Shown here: in pieces, positions 12,247 through 22,949 of the stretch
Layout of the letters: every line of letters starts with the position of its first letter
Position numbering within the stretch: position 1 is the stretch's first letter
Source of the DNA: Asterionella formosa
Taxonomy: Eukaryota
Assembly: GCA_002256025.1 (NCBI GenBank)
Contig: NKIB01014986.1
Location: forward strand, 1 to 39,040
Length of the DNA: 39,040 bases
Reading direction: 5' to 3'
Made by a program: the position numbers and the translations under genes
The notes under the pieces: generated by a model
What the model saw: only the letters and a program-made list of their open reading frames with translations
What the model was told of the DNA's origin: nothing
Databases searched by the model: none

Positions 12247-13251
12247 TCAATGCCATCCATTTCGTGGCCTTGCAAAAGGGTTTCCTCCCCAAAATCTTTG
12301 ATTCCTTGCCATTCCATATCCCATTCTATACATTCCCATTCGATTCATGCCCTGTCCCCGATTGCCAGTGACGACATTGAGCATCACAATAGCATGAAAC
12401 GGGTTGATCCCATTTTGGTGACATACGAAAACAATGGCAGCCACAATCAGCATGGAGAACGGGCTCCCATCCAAGAGGTTTGGAAATCCAAATGATGATC
12501 GTGTTGAGGTATATTCCTGGGTGACAGTTGGTCGTTGGGTCCTTGGTTGTGGATGACGGTATCGATCATATGCATTGCCACTTCCGTAATTTCCTCGTGG
12601 GGTCTGTTGCCCAGGCGAGAAGTGTTCAAACCCAAAACGTCCACCGAAAGCAACATATAAGACCAAAATCCCTAATAGCACTTGTAAAACTGACTTTCTA
12701 TCTTGTGGTTGTTCGTGATAGCGCTGAATCATTCGTCTCCATGCAAATTCCACTCGATCTAACCATGACACAGAGTCCTCTACATTGGTGGCTGTTGGTT
12801 CATTGTCAGTGTCGTCTGTGGCTGTATCGAACTCTTCCGGAGGAGCTGTTGGGGCCGGACCTCGTCTCAACTCCGCCCGCAACATGTCGCGCGCCACAGT
12901 ATAGGTGGGATCCAATTGCAGAGCTCGTTGCAAGGCATTGCAGGCGTCGTTCGATTTTCCTGCCATACTGTAGGCACTGGCCAACCGGACCTGACCCTTG
13001 GGCCATGACTCATTCAATGCTACGCATGCTTTTGCATCTTGAATGGCTTCATCCGTGTGCCCGAGTTTCAAGTGACAGGCAACAATGTTGGACAAGAGTA
13101 CTTGTTGTTCTATCAAAGGTGGGTGCAAGGCCAAGGCGGACCGATAGGAGATGAGGGATTGTGCATGATTGCTTTGTTGAAAGAAAAGTGTGCCTTGCTC
13201 CTTGTGGCTAATCCAGGATGACTTGTTGTTGTTTGAGTTAGATGGCGTCAT
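12247..13251 (-). CDS. TPR-domain protein with C-terminal transmembrane segments
   Basis: 334 aa. Three STI1-type TPRs (HKEQGTLFF; LSNIVACHLKLG..EAIQDA; WPKGQVRLA..ALQLDP); hydrophobic stretches VLQVLLGILVLYVAFGG and MLIVAAIVFVC. Confidence 0.85.
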   Translation of the reverse strand: MTPSNSNNNKSSWISHKEQGTLFFQQSNHAQSLISYRSALALHPPLIEQQVLLSNIVACHLKLGHTDEAIQDAKACVALNESWPKGQVRLASAYSMAGKSNDACNALQRALQLDPTYTVARDMLRAELRRGPAPTAPPEEFDTATDDTDNEPTATNVEDSVSWLDRVEFAWRRMIQRYHEQPQDRKSVLQVLLGILVLYVAFGGRFGFEHFSPGQQTPRGNYGSGNAYDRYRHPQPRTQRPTVTQEYTSTRSSFGFPNLLDGSPFSMLIVAAIVFVCHQNGINPFHAIVMLNVVTGNRGQGMNRMGMYRMGYGMARNQRFWGGNPFARPRNGWH

Positions 13252-13640
13252 GGGGGCGACTTTCTAAAGGAGCAATATCTAGTATGGCTTAATTTGTTTG
13301 TGCCTTGCTGAGCTGAGCACGTATTTGCTGGTATTCGGGGTTGAGGTAGACACTAATATATAGATATCGATGTACCGGTAAAGTGATCCCTCCACTTTTG
13401 AGATTGATTGCATGCAGTTTAGGAGCAATGTACCGGTACAGTGAGAGATGATGGGTTATCAAGTGGTAGGGGGAATAATGGAAATCGAGATCGAAGGAGG
13501 AGGTGGGAATAAATGTGATGATTTTGACCACTGTGGGAACAGTAAACAATTACCACTCGAAATTCTGCATAAATGTACCTAGTGCCATTACCAGGTCGTC
13601 CTGCAGCAATCGCTCCTGCATTCAACATAAACCCTGGTCA

Positions 13641-13736
13641 CCTGCAAGTTGCGTTCATTTAACTTAAACTAACATTTCAATCTGGGATAAAGATAACTAA
13701 ATCTTTAGTTTCAGCAAAATTACCGCTACTTGCTGG
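13641..13736. mobile_element. MITE family B, short 96-bp copy
   Basis: CCTGCAAGTTGCGTTCATTT ... AAAATTACCGCTACTTGCTGG|TA imperfect TIR; internal AATCTGGGATAAAGATAACTAAATC shared with 28413-28615. Confidence 0.75.
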
Positions 13737-13949
13737 TATCAGGGTACCAGATGAAGTATCTAACTAGAAGTAGTAGTGTTTGTTAAATATATGAGCTTAT
13801 TAGTTAATCAATACAATAAGGGTTAGTCGAGTTCTCTCATTATTGACTTCTGATACCGGTGTAATTGATATAACACTAACCCTCTAAACATCAGTGCTGA
13901 TGCGCGAGATCGCTCACTCTCCCACAGCAAGGGAAAACCTTGTTCCTTT

Positions 13950-14350
13950 GAAAAGGTTTGATGTAAGAATATGCATGGTTCGTTGAAAAGTAACTGTACA
14001 ATTGGCATTTACAGTACCAGGTACTTGAATAATAGAATAAGTACCACGTCCACGGTCATCCAGGGTAGGATTATCCAACAGGATTAAAATCTCGTCACCA
14101 ACTTTGTAATCACAAGAACAACAACAGAAATTACCATGATGTAGACATTTGTCAATCATCACTTGTCAACATTGATATCCCAATTTTAATTGCAAATCTG
14201 TACTCAAAGGAATATTTAATGTCATTTCATGTTGGAAAACCCATGTTCCTGGTGAAATACGCAATGTGCTATAAATAATAGCTCAAGCTGCATATGATGC
14301 AGCTGCAAAACATATATGCACATTATTCTGAGCTTGAAATTCCTTGATTG
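13950..14350 (-). mobile_element. Ty3/gypsy retrotransposon integrase C-terminal fragment (relic)
   Basis: YSTLRISPGTWVFQHEMTLNIP (cf. HTTL.ASPGQLVFGRDM) and DYKVGDEILIL..GTYSIIQV..NCTVTFQR (GPY/F module). Confidence 0.7.
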
Positions 14351-14666
14351 TAGGATGAGCCTTTAAGGTTAAACCCTAGTTTGGAGGAAACGTCGCTAGG
14401 GTTGTAAAAACGGCATGGAACAGGGAGTTTGCTGCTTTGAGTTCCCATGATTCGAGTGTCCATTTGAATATTTGAATTAAATAGGAGTCGGCGCCAGATA
14501 CACAGAGTTCCATTTTAAACAAACAAAAATGATATTTAAACCTTTATACTATATCTACGTTGCTGAATGTAGACATTATTTTGTTCCACGCCATAACACA
14601 TATAAATCAGGAGTATGCCTAAATGTATACTCATGATATTTTTCCGTTTATACCGGAGTAACGGTG

Positions 14667-14776
14667 TACCAGGGTACCTGGTACCAGTAGTACATAATCT
14701 TAGTTAATGATGATGGATGATGAAACTACCGGTAGTACCAGCTACTTATTTTACCTACCAGGTACCGGTACAGTAC
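14667..14776. repeat. GTACC(A/T)G palindromic array
   Basis: GTACCAGGGTACCTGGTACCAGTA, TACCGGTAGTACCAG, TACCAGGTACCGGTACAGTAC. Confidence 0.85.
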
Positions 14777-15140
14777 ATCTACTAATACATGTGGTTCAAG
14801 TATGGCTGGCATAATTTTACAAGACCGAGATACTGCAGCCGATCTGGAGCAGGTGAGTAAATTCAATTCAACCAATCAGAATATGTGTAGTGATGCGGGA
14901 ACTTACCCTGGAGTCTTTTCGGACAGAGAATTATTCAGCAAAACATACCTACGCAAGACTCTTAGCTAGTCTACGAGAACGTTTTTGCACGTACTAATTC
15001 CGATTCCAATATTTTAGCGAGCGACTGTTGAAAAAACTGATCGGGTCGACTTTTTGGAAGAGGATTGCTCTACATCTACGGGGTTTCATGACGATTAAAA
15101 TAGATAGCAGCCGTGTACCCTATAACGTCAGGAGTTAACT

Positions 15141-15259
15141 TCTGGAGAGAAGTGGCAGTTATGTATCGTAGATTTTTTGAAAAGCTTCGTAGCCCCTTTT
15201 TTTGACTATTTTTGCGGTAGTTACGAATCTATGATACATAACTGCCACTTCTCTCCAGA
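15141..15259. repeat. 119-bp hairpin element with 34-bp inverted repeats (probable mini-MITE)
   Basis: TCTGGAGAGAAGTGGCAGTTATGTATCGTAGATT (15141-15174) versus 15226-15259, one mismatch. Confidence 0.85.
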
Positions 15260-16572
15260 GATGGGGTCCTTACCATATCTGTATATAGATCAGACCCCTA
15301 AGTCGAGCAATGACAGTATCTAAGCATATACAAAGTGGTTGTAATGGTGAGAGCTAATTTTACCTTTAACTATTACAATTACTTGTACGTGATGCGTGGA
15401 TTGAGGTACATCAAAAAAGATTTTGGGAAAAAACGGACCTCGCAATTTGTAACTGCGGGGCCGCAACCTTGACATAACTCTTAGACTGCTGTTACTGATA
15501 GATTGATGTTTAATGATCAGTGTGAACATGTAGAACCGCATTCAATAACATAGAGCGAAATTCTATCCCTTTTTAATTTTGAAGACCAAAATTTTGAGGT
15601 CAGTTGTATTTTATCGAGTCAGTTTCTTCAACAGACCATTTCTTTTGGAATTGTGCTTGATGACTTGTGGTTAAATAAATTTATTTCAGCCATAACAGCA
15701 GCTTTACGTATCTGTTTAGTTAAAAGCTTTAATGTTCCCTGTGTAAACATATTCCCCCTTGATAGGTGTATAAAAATATAACAACCCATTATGTAAATGT
15801 TCTGTATCACCATAGGAATCAATGACATGCAGAAAACCACTGATATATCCACCACACAGGAAATGGCATTCTGTATAAAATCCATCTAAAATAAACATCT
15901 GGACAAATGAGCAAACTCGCAGAATGTACTTAGACCAGGTACTTCTGTTGCAGGATACAAGCTGATGAATTAAGTGATGGGAGCATTATGTTTTATGAAA
16001 GAGTACTAGCAAAGGAAGAAAAGATCATACCTGCTATGCATGGTATATATAAATTATAAATGCTCAATGGACAACGAAATGTCCTGAAGTACGATCCATT
16101 CATAAGTTAAAGAGGAGGACCCACCGCCATCAAATATCATTCATCTTACATCATGTATATACACAGCAGCCACCAATCCATGGGATGCTAATGTTATGGA
16201 AATGAAATGCAATACAGCTTATGCATTCTTAAACAAAGAAAGAAATGAGACCGGAATCAGGCCTTGAGATGTGCATATGGGATTGATAAATTGAATCTAC
16301 CTTCGTCTATGAATGGAAAATGCGTTAGGCCTAACACTTTTGCTCAATCGTCGACTGCCCCAAAATTATCGCAGTATGAAGTATTATATTTTGATTGATC
16401 ATACAGAAAAACTCATCAATCAATCATTTTTTTGCGATCGATCATAAACATATAAATGATGGATCATAAAATATCATAAATAGTTATTGATCAATCACCT
16501 CTTTTGCGTTGGATTTTTAACATCATATGATTGATCACATACATATTGTCATACTATCAAACAGATTTTTAG

Positions 16573-18196
16573 CTTGAAAAGGCACGACTGTATGGCACCA
16601 AGAGCGCAGCAAACCGATGGCATGCACATCTAGCCAACACTCTACGATGTATGGGTTTTGTAACAAGCAGATATGATGCAGACATTTGGTACCAAGCACA
16701 TAGTGATGGCTCTAGCTATGATTACATCGGGACATATACTGATGACCTGATGGTAGTGGAAAAGAACCCGGAAGGGTACTTTGAGGTGTTACAGGAGAAG
16801 TATACGATAAAGAAGATTGGCCCACCTGCGTTTCACTTGGGATGTGACTAGTACGTAAAGGGGCCAGATGGTAAATGGAGCATAGGAACAGAAACCTATG
16901 TCAAGGAGACCCGCCTGGAGAGAGTGAAAGCCATGCTAGGCCGTAAGGACCTTGGCAAGGATGCATGACACACCTATCTCGCCAACATTCCATCCAGAGT
17001 TAGACAATTCACAACTACTAGATGTCGACCAACACAGGTTATACCAGCAACTAGTTGGAATAGCCCAGTGGCTGATAACATGTGGTAGGCTGGATCTCTG
17101 CTATGCCATTTCATCTTAAAGTCGATTCAGCTCTGCACCACAGATAAAACATCTAAACGCACTAGAACGAGTATTCAAGTATGTTAACAAGAATCGAGCA
17201 CTGGCAATTAAGATAAATCCGGACAACTATGTCTTACCAAAACAGCACGGAATTATGTACGAGGACGCAGATTGGACTGAGCAGTACCCGGGGGCAATCG
17301 AAGAAATGGATGAGAAATTTCCTACTCCACTGGGGAAGAAATTTACCACAAGCAACTATATACTTTGATTTGGACCACCACGCTCATGATCAGAAAACAA
17401 GACGCTCTATTACTGGGATGATAGCCTTTATAGGGTCCACTCCAGTAACATGGGCAGTGTCAAGGGGCCATAGCGACTACCGGTAGCACTTACACTGCAA
17501 AGCTATGTGCGGGTAGAACGGCTGCTGAGGAAGCCATCAGCATCAGATACATGCTGAGATCTTTAGGGGTGCCCGTGATAACACGAACGCTATTATTGGG
17601 AGTCAACCTGGGTTCGCTCCAAAGTACCTCGAATCCTGGGTCTGAATGCCATAAGAAACATAGTAAGGTTTACTGCCACTGTGTGCTTGAGTGTTGTGCA
17701 TCTGGAATCATTCAACTCACGAAGGTAGACACTAAGTTGAATCTTAGCGATGGCTTTACCAAGGCTGTCGAGAAGTCTATCTACCTTGATCATAGAAGAT
17801 GCCATTTTGCAGCGTAACACTTAGTAACAACGCGGCAATTTAGCAAATTCATCATTACTTTAGAAGCACTACGTCCATAGCTTGAGGGGTGCTGGTCAGG
17901 TACACATAGTACATTGGCATATAGCTCCTATGATGGGCAAGCGGATGGAAGTAGTGATCCCAACTACTGTAATACGCTCACTGCCTGATCAAGGGCGGGG
18001 TCCCACAAAGCCTCGGGGGAAGTACAGTACTGGTACCGGTACCAGGCATGTGCAGTGTAGCTGCTGGTGAGTACTTTTGGGTACGACTCGTACCTGTACC
18101 TGTGTACCTGGTGCCCTGACTGTGTTATGTTATGTTGAGGGCGGATTATAATACAATTTAATTAAACTTAAACATCAGTACAATTAAACATCAGCA
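16573..18196 (+). mobile_element. 3' half of a degenerate CoDi-like copia element (RT, RNase H, PPT, 3' LTR)
   Basis: LEKA(R)LYG..AANRW, YIGTYTDDL, FHLGCD, YQQLVG, DH(H)AHDQKTRRSITG, LRSLGVPV, NLSDGFTKA; stops and frameshifts present. Confidence 0.9.
17890..18196 (+). repeat. Candidate 3' LTR (307 bp) preceded by polypurine tract
   Basis: GAGGGG (17884-17889) directly followed by TGCTG; ends CAGCA at 18192-18196 (inverted termini). No second copy in the window to confirm. Confidence 0.6.
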
Positions 18197-19436
18197 TGGC
18201 AACAAGCAGTGTTGACCAGGAGAGTAAATGAACTGACACATTCCCATGCTTACAAAAGTGTACTTATTTCTATAATGTTGTACAGAGGTTATGGCAAATA
18301 GCCGATGATAGTACGCTAAAAGCTGTGAGTTTAGTGTAGAGGAGCCTGGGTAAAACAAGGATCATGATAACCAAACACTTGGCCAGTATTCTTCCACTAA
18401 CTATTACTACAAAAAAGGCATTGTAGTATTTTATGCCACATTGTCTTTTCACTTGGAATGTTATTACCCACAGTGCTGGAAATCCAACAAGGTATGTGCC
18501 TGTCAATGACCTTGTCATCAAAAAGGCCATAAAACAGGACAAGTCTGCAGACCAGACAAGGGAAACATTACAAGCAAGGCAGCCTCTAGAGTCTCACATT
18601 TAGCAAGATTTCAATCATGATGGTCATCCTTTTCTCATTCAAGTATAAAATCCAATTCATCAATGGTATAAGCTGCCTGCGTGCGTGTTGTGTCTGTCAA
18701 TTCCATGTGGTCAACCAAATTGACAATTGCTTCCAACTAACAAGAAAACTTACTGCAAATATTCGATTTCTTGTCGCTCTGATGGCCAAGCTGCGTCTGT
18801 GTTGAACGAAAATTCTAAGGACGAGAGGGCTGCGCCAAGCCAGGTTCTCATTGTTTGCATCCCTGTCAAAAGGCAGTTGTGTTCTCCTTTCCTTGGCCAT
18901 TATCTTGAGACGGAGTGTATGGAACAATGCATTTACCCGAAAAACCGTGGATTTTCCGCTAAGAACTGACAATCCAGCAAATGCCAAAGAAAGACCTAGA
19001 CAATTCTGCAAGATAATGTCCGTGAAGGGAAAATCATGAGTTTTGACAATTGAACAATGGTAAATTGTCAAAACAGGATATCTAAGTACTCATTAACACA
19101 TACAAGTTGAAATGTATGCTCCTGAGATGATATTGTTTGAACGATGGTGGCACATATCGTGGTGGTCCACGCTGGGCAGTGTTCCTAACAAAGTTGCTTT
19201 TGCTGCAACAAATGCCAACAGCAACCCAAAATGGAAATGTCAGCCATATGCTATCAAGGCGATCAATCCTAAACAAGTTCAGAGGTAACAAACAGAGTTG
19301 AATGATTAAAACGAGTGAGCTAAAAAGTTTATTAATCTATTTTCGATCGCTTGTTGAGCTGGGCTTGAAAAGTACCTGTTACGTAAAAATCTATCAACAC
19401 TGATTGTTCACATGGTAACCGTATGATCACATGCTA

Positions 19437-19496
19437 TACCAGGTACCTGGTACCACCTTTAGACTACCAGGTACTGGTACCAGGTACCTGGTACCA
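19437..19496. repeat. GTACC(A/T)G palindromic array ~65 bp upstream of the ClpR start codon
   Basis: TACCAGGTACCTGGTACC...TACCAGGTACTGGTACCAGGTACCTGGTACCA. Confidence 0.9.
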
Positions 19497-19559
19497 TAGA
19501 AGCTGAAAGAAAATATCAAGCAGGTTGAACAATACAATACCCCTTAATAAACAGCAACG

Positions 19560-20468
19560 ATGAAGCCGCTACTGTTTGGACTGTTCGCCACTGCCTTGAC
19601 CTGGCCAACCACGGAAGCATGGTCCTACTCGCAGCTGCAGAAGGAGTCTGCCAAGATGGCCATGGTCCGGCGAAGTCCCATCCAGATGCCCACGCAGACG
19701 CCCATGGTCCCCTACAAGGCCCCTGGATCGGACTACGCTCAATTCATGGATCTGTACAGTCGTATGTACCGCGACAGAACCATGATGATTTCATCCTACA
19801 TTAACGAGGAAGCCGCCAACAACATTATTAGCATTCTACTCTACCTTCGAAACGAAGACCCAAACGGACCATTGGATCTGTATTTCAATGTCCCCGGAGC
19901 AGACTTGAGGCCAGCCCTGGCCGTATACGACTTGATTTGTCAAACTCGCAACACATGTGAGATTACGACCGTCAATTTGGCACTGTGCTCAGGGATGGGG
20001 GCCATGCTGTGCGGGGCTGGCACGCCGGGCAAACGATCGGCCATGCCCAATGCACGCTTCTTGTTGTCGCGCACGGGCATGGAGCGGACCTTTAGAGGAC
20101 AAGCTAGTGACATTGCCTTGGAAGTCAAGAATCTCAAAACTTGGAATGACCGCATGGAGGTGGAGTTGCAAAAAATGACCGGACAACCGATGGAAGCTGT
20201 TCAACGAGATTTGAAACGAGACTTCTATTTGAGTGCAGATGAAGCTGTGTTGTATGGACTGATTGACAAGGTATTGATGCCCACTTTCAACAAGCGAGCG
20301 GCGGCTGGTGGTGTGGTGGGCCTGGGAACTTTTGAAGGAGAGGAGCAACGCTACCAGGGGGACAACGCAGGCGGTGGAAACAGCGGTGGTGGATGGGGGA
20401 GTCAGCAAAAGGTACAGCCTCAAAAACCAAATAATAATGGCGACGATGAACCGAAGACGCAAAAATAA
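19560..20468 (+). CDS. clpR: Plastid Clp protease non-catalytic subunit (ClpR-type)
   Basis: 302 aa ClpP fold (DLYSRMYRDR, ANNIISILLYL, LYFNVPG, GKRSAMPNAR, GQASDI, RDFYLSADEA..YGLIDKV). Catalytic Ser and His positions replaced (CSGMGA, FLLSRT). Signal peptide ends TEA|W. Confidence 0.88.
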   Translation: MKPLLFGLFATALTWPTTEAWSYSQLQKESAKMAMVRRSPIQMPTQTPMVPYKAPGSDYAQFMDLYSRMYRDRTMMISSYINEEAANNIISILLYLRNEDPNGPLDLYFNVPGADLRPALAVYDLICQTRNTCEITTVNLALCSGMGAMLCGAGTPGKRSAMPNARFLLSRTGMERTFRGQASDIALEVKNLKTWNDRMEVELQKMTGQPMEAVQRDLKRDFYLSADEAVLYGLIDKVLMPTFNKRAAAGGVVGLGTFEGEEQRYQGDNAGGGNSGGGWGSQQKVQPQKPNNNGDDEPKTQK

Positions 20469-20491
20469 TTAGAAGTCACTTTTCTTTATTT

Positions 20492-22643
20492 TTACACATC
20501 AGTTGGTGCTTGATCTTTATCATCGTCAATAGGCGCAAATCCATAATCAAAGTTGCCTGTCTTCATTTCATCTTCTTCCTCCTTCATGAGCTGTTCCATT
20601 GCCTTTTTCCATTCTTGATCAATGGCACCAGTATTATCTTCATTGCTATGATACACCATACTCTTCGAGTTACGAAGGACCATCTCAGCTGCAAGTTCTT
20701 CGGGAGTGGTCCCTTGAGTTTCGGGAAGAACCAAAACGGCAAAAGCAAAAGTAAATGCCAGCACCAATGCAAATGGTGCAAACGAGTACGGGCCCAAATA
20801 TTTGTTCATGTACGGAAAGACAAGTCCGACAACAAAGTTGCAAGCCCAGTTCACTTGACTGCAGGTTGCCATGGCCACTGCCACATATTTGGCATCAAAC
20901 ATCTCAGCAACAATGAGCCATGGGATGGGTCCCAATCCAATCTCAAAGAAGCTCACATATACATTGACTGCCACAAGAGCCATAATGTTGTTAAAGTACC
21001 CTAACAAGGCCAATACGATGACCACACAGCTGAAAAACATGCCTCCTGATGACCACAAAATAAGAGTCTTGCGTCCGCATGAGTCCATCAGCAGGAGAGC
21101 CACATAGGTGGCAATCACGTTGACAGCACCAACGATTGTGGTTCCAATCAACGGGTTCTCAATGACACCTTCAAAGAACGATGTGGAGTAATAAAAGACT
21201 GCGTTGATACCGCAAAACTGCTGTGCCATTTGCAACACCAAGCAACTAATCAGCAAAACGCGGATCTTGTTGTGCGAGAACATTTCGGAAAGGACAGCAC
21301 CCTGGGAAGCCTGTTCCTGCCTTTGAGCAGCACCTCCCAATACAAAGTGTCCCACTTCTGTTTCAACTTCATGGTCGTACCGCAATCCGCGAAGTTGCTT
21401 GATGATGTATCGCGCTTTGAGAGAGTTTGGGTCTCTTCCAAGCAACCAACGAGGACTCTCCAACAAGAATGGCGAACAGAGGAGCTGAACGATAGCTGTT
21501 ATGACAGTGACAGAGAAAAGAACGCGCCAAAGACGTTGCGTGGCAAAGGAGAATGCCAACAAGTCGCTGGCGAGAATACCAATCACCATGGCAAACTGTG
21601 TCAATGTCCCAAGCGTCCCACGGAGTGTGGGTGGGGCAAGTTCTCCCAGGTATATTGGGACTAGTACCGACGAGAAGCCACTGGCGAATCCAATTATGAA
21701 ACGAGAAAGTATGATGGTAAACATGTCCACTGCAAACGTTTGCATCAATCCGCCTAATAAAAAGGTCCACGTATCAATGAGGAGGGCTCCACGGCGGCCG
21801 CGAGAGTCCGCCATCTTCCCCCCGACGGTCGCACCGAATGGACCACCAACAGCAAAGGCTGCCACTGCCAATGACCAGGTGCCAGTGCTGTGACCTGGGA
21901 AAACGACACTTTCGGGAGCGTTCATGACTCCAGTGTTGTATCCCACCAAAAACTGTGACATGGCAGCCACAATTATGGCAAATACAAGTGGTGTGGTCAC
22001 CATGACTGTCTCAAACTCCAGCTCATCTAGAATAATCATACTAGCACGCGAGCGACGTGTTTCCTTATCTTCGTTCGACAGTTCCATGTGACCCATGACA
22101 TCCAAGTCGGCTGCGTAGGATGCAAACGCTTGACTGATGGCGCGTTCCTTCTTTTGCAAGCCAAACACAGCAGTGAAAGGCACTTGCTGGTAGAGCTCCT
22201 GTATTCCCATCTGGGTGGGAGTGAGCGCCGACATGGATCCGTCGACGCTGACGCTATAGGATTTCGGCAGTCCCTTGACGTTCGGGGGCTGTGTGAACTG
22301 AAAGGTCCCGAGACTGGATGAGCCACCTAATGCGCCAATGGACGCACTGCGCCCTGCCTTGTGCATTTGACGAGATTGGAAGTTGGTGGGGTCCTCGAAG
22401 GTTCCCCTGCTGGATTCCTGCTCGTATAGAATGGCAAGGAAATCATGGAAAATGTCAGTGAATGCTGAACAGGTTCGACTTCATCGCATGCCACTCTCAC
22501 AGCTACAGAGATTCTCGATCTGTCGAATTCAATTGTTCACGCTGAAAACAAAAACGCCGTTGCGGAAGGGAATCGCGAACGACCAGTCAGCTCACCTTGC
22601 CTATGTCATCCTTGCGGAGGAGGCTTGTCTTTTCCGACGCCAT
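20492..22643 (-). CDS. MFS sugar porter (GLUT/SLC2-like hexose transporter), 2 exons
   Basis: [64 protein letters not shown]. Predicted exon 1 22643-22596 ([16 protein letters not shown]), intron 22595-22418 (GTGAGC..CACTGAC..CAG), exon 2 22417-20492 in frame. Confidence 0.92.
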
Positions 22644-22867
22644 TGTCACTAAATGCTATCCAAAATACTGAGTTAAGGATCAACTACAGCTAGATGCATT
22701 TGCCGACTAATATATTCAAATAAAATGGAAGCTAATTCCTGTAGTGTGCACAAATGTGATGATACAAACGGGCAGGCAAGGCAGAGGATCCACTTCTGCT
22801 CGCTGGCGGTCACAAGGTTCGTCAAGTTGTTAATCATTTTCATACGCACATTTTAAGTAGAGTGCCA

Positions 22868-22949
22868 GGTACCCCGTGCCGGTACCAGGTACCTGGTACC
22901 ACGTCCTCGGAGTACAGTACCACTTCCTAGTACCTGGTACCTGGTACCG
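22868..22949. repeat. GTACC(A/T)G palindromic array upstream of the sugar porter
   Basis: CCGGTACCAGGTACCTGGTACC, GGAGTACAGTACC, TAGTACCTGGTACCTGGTACCG. Confidence 0.9.

Noticed and set aside
14371..14403. AACCCTAG..CTAGGGTT as telomeric repeat or piggyBac end
   Set aside because: Single short dyad with no repeat array or matching TTAA-flanked end.
18250..19300. Short ORFs as a gene or pseudogene
   Set aside because: No recognisable motifs or consistent exon structure on either strand.
19437..19496. GTAC arrays as copper-response elements
   Set aside because: That system depends on green-lineage SBP-domain factors, and the arrays also occur inside transposon relics.
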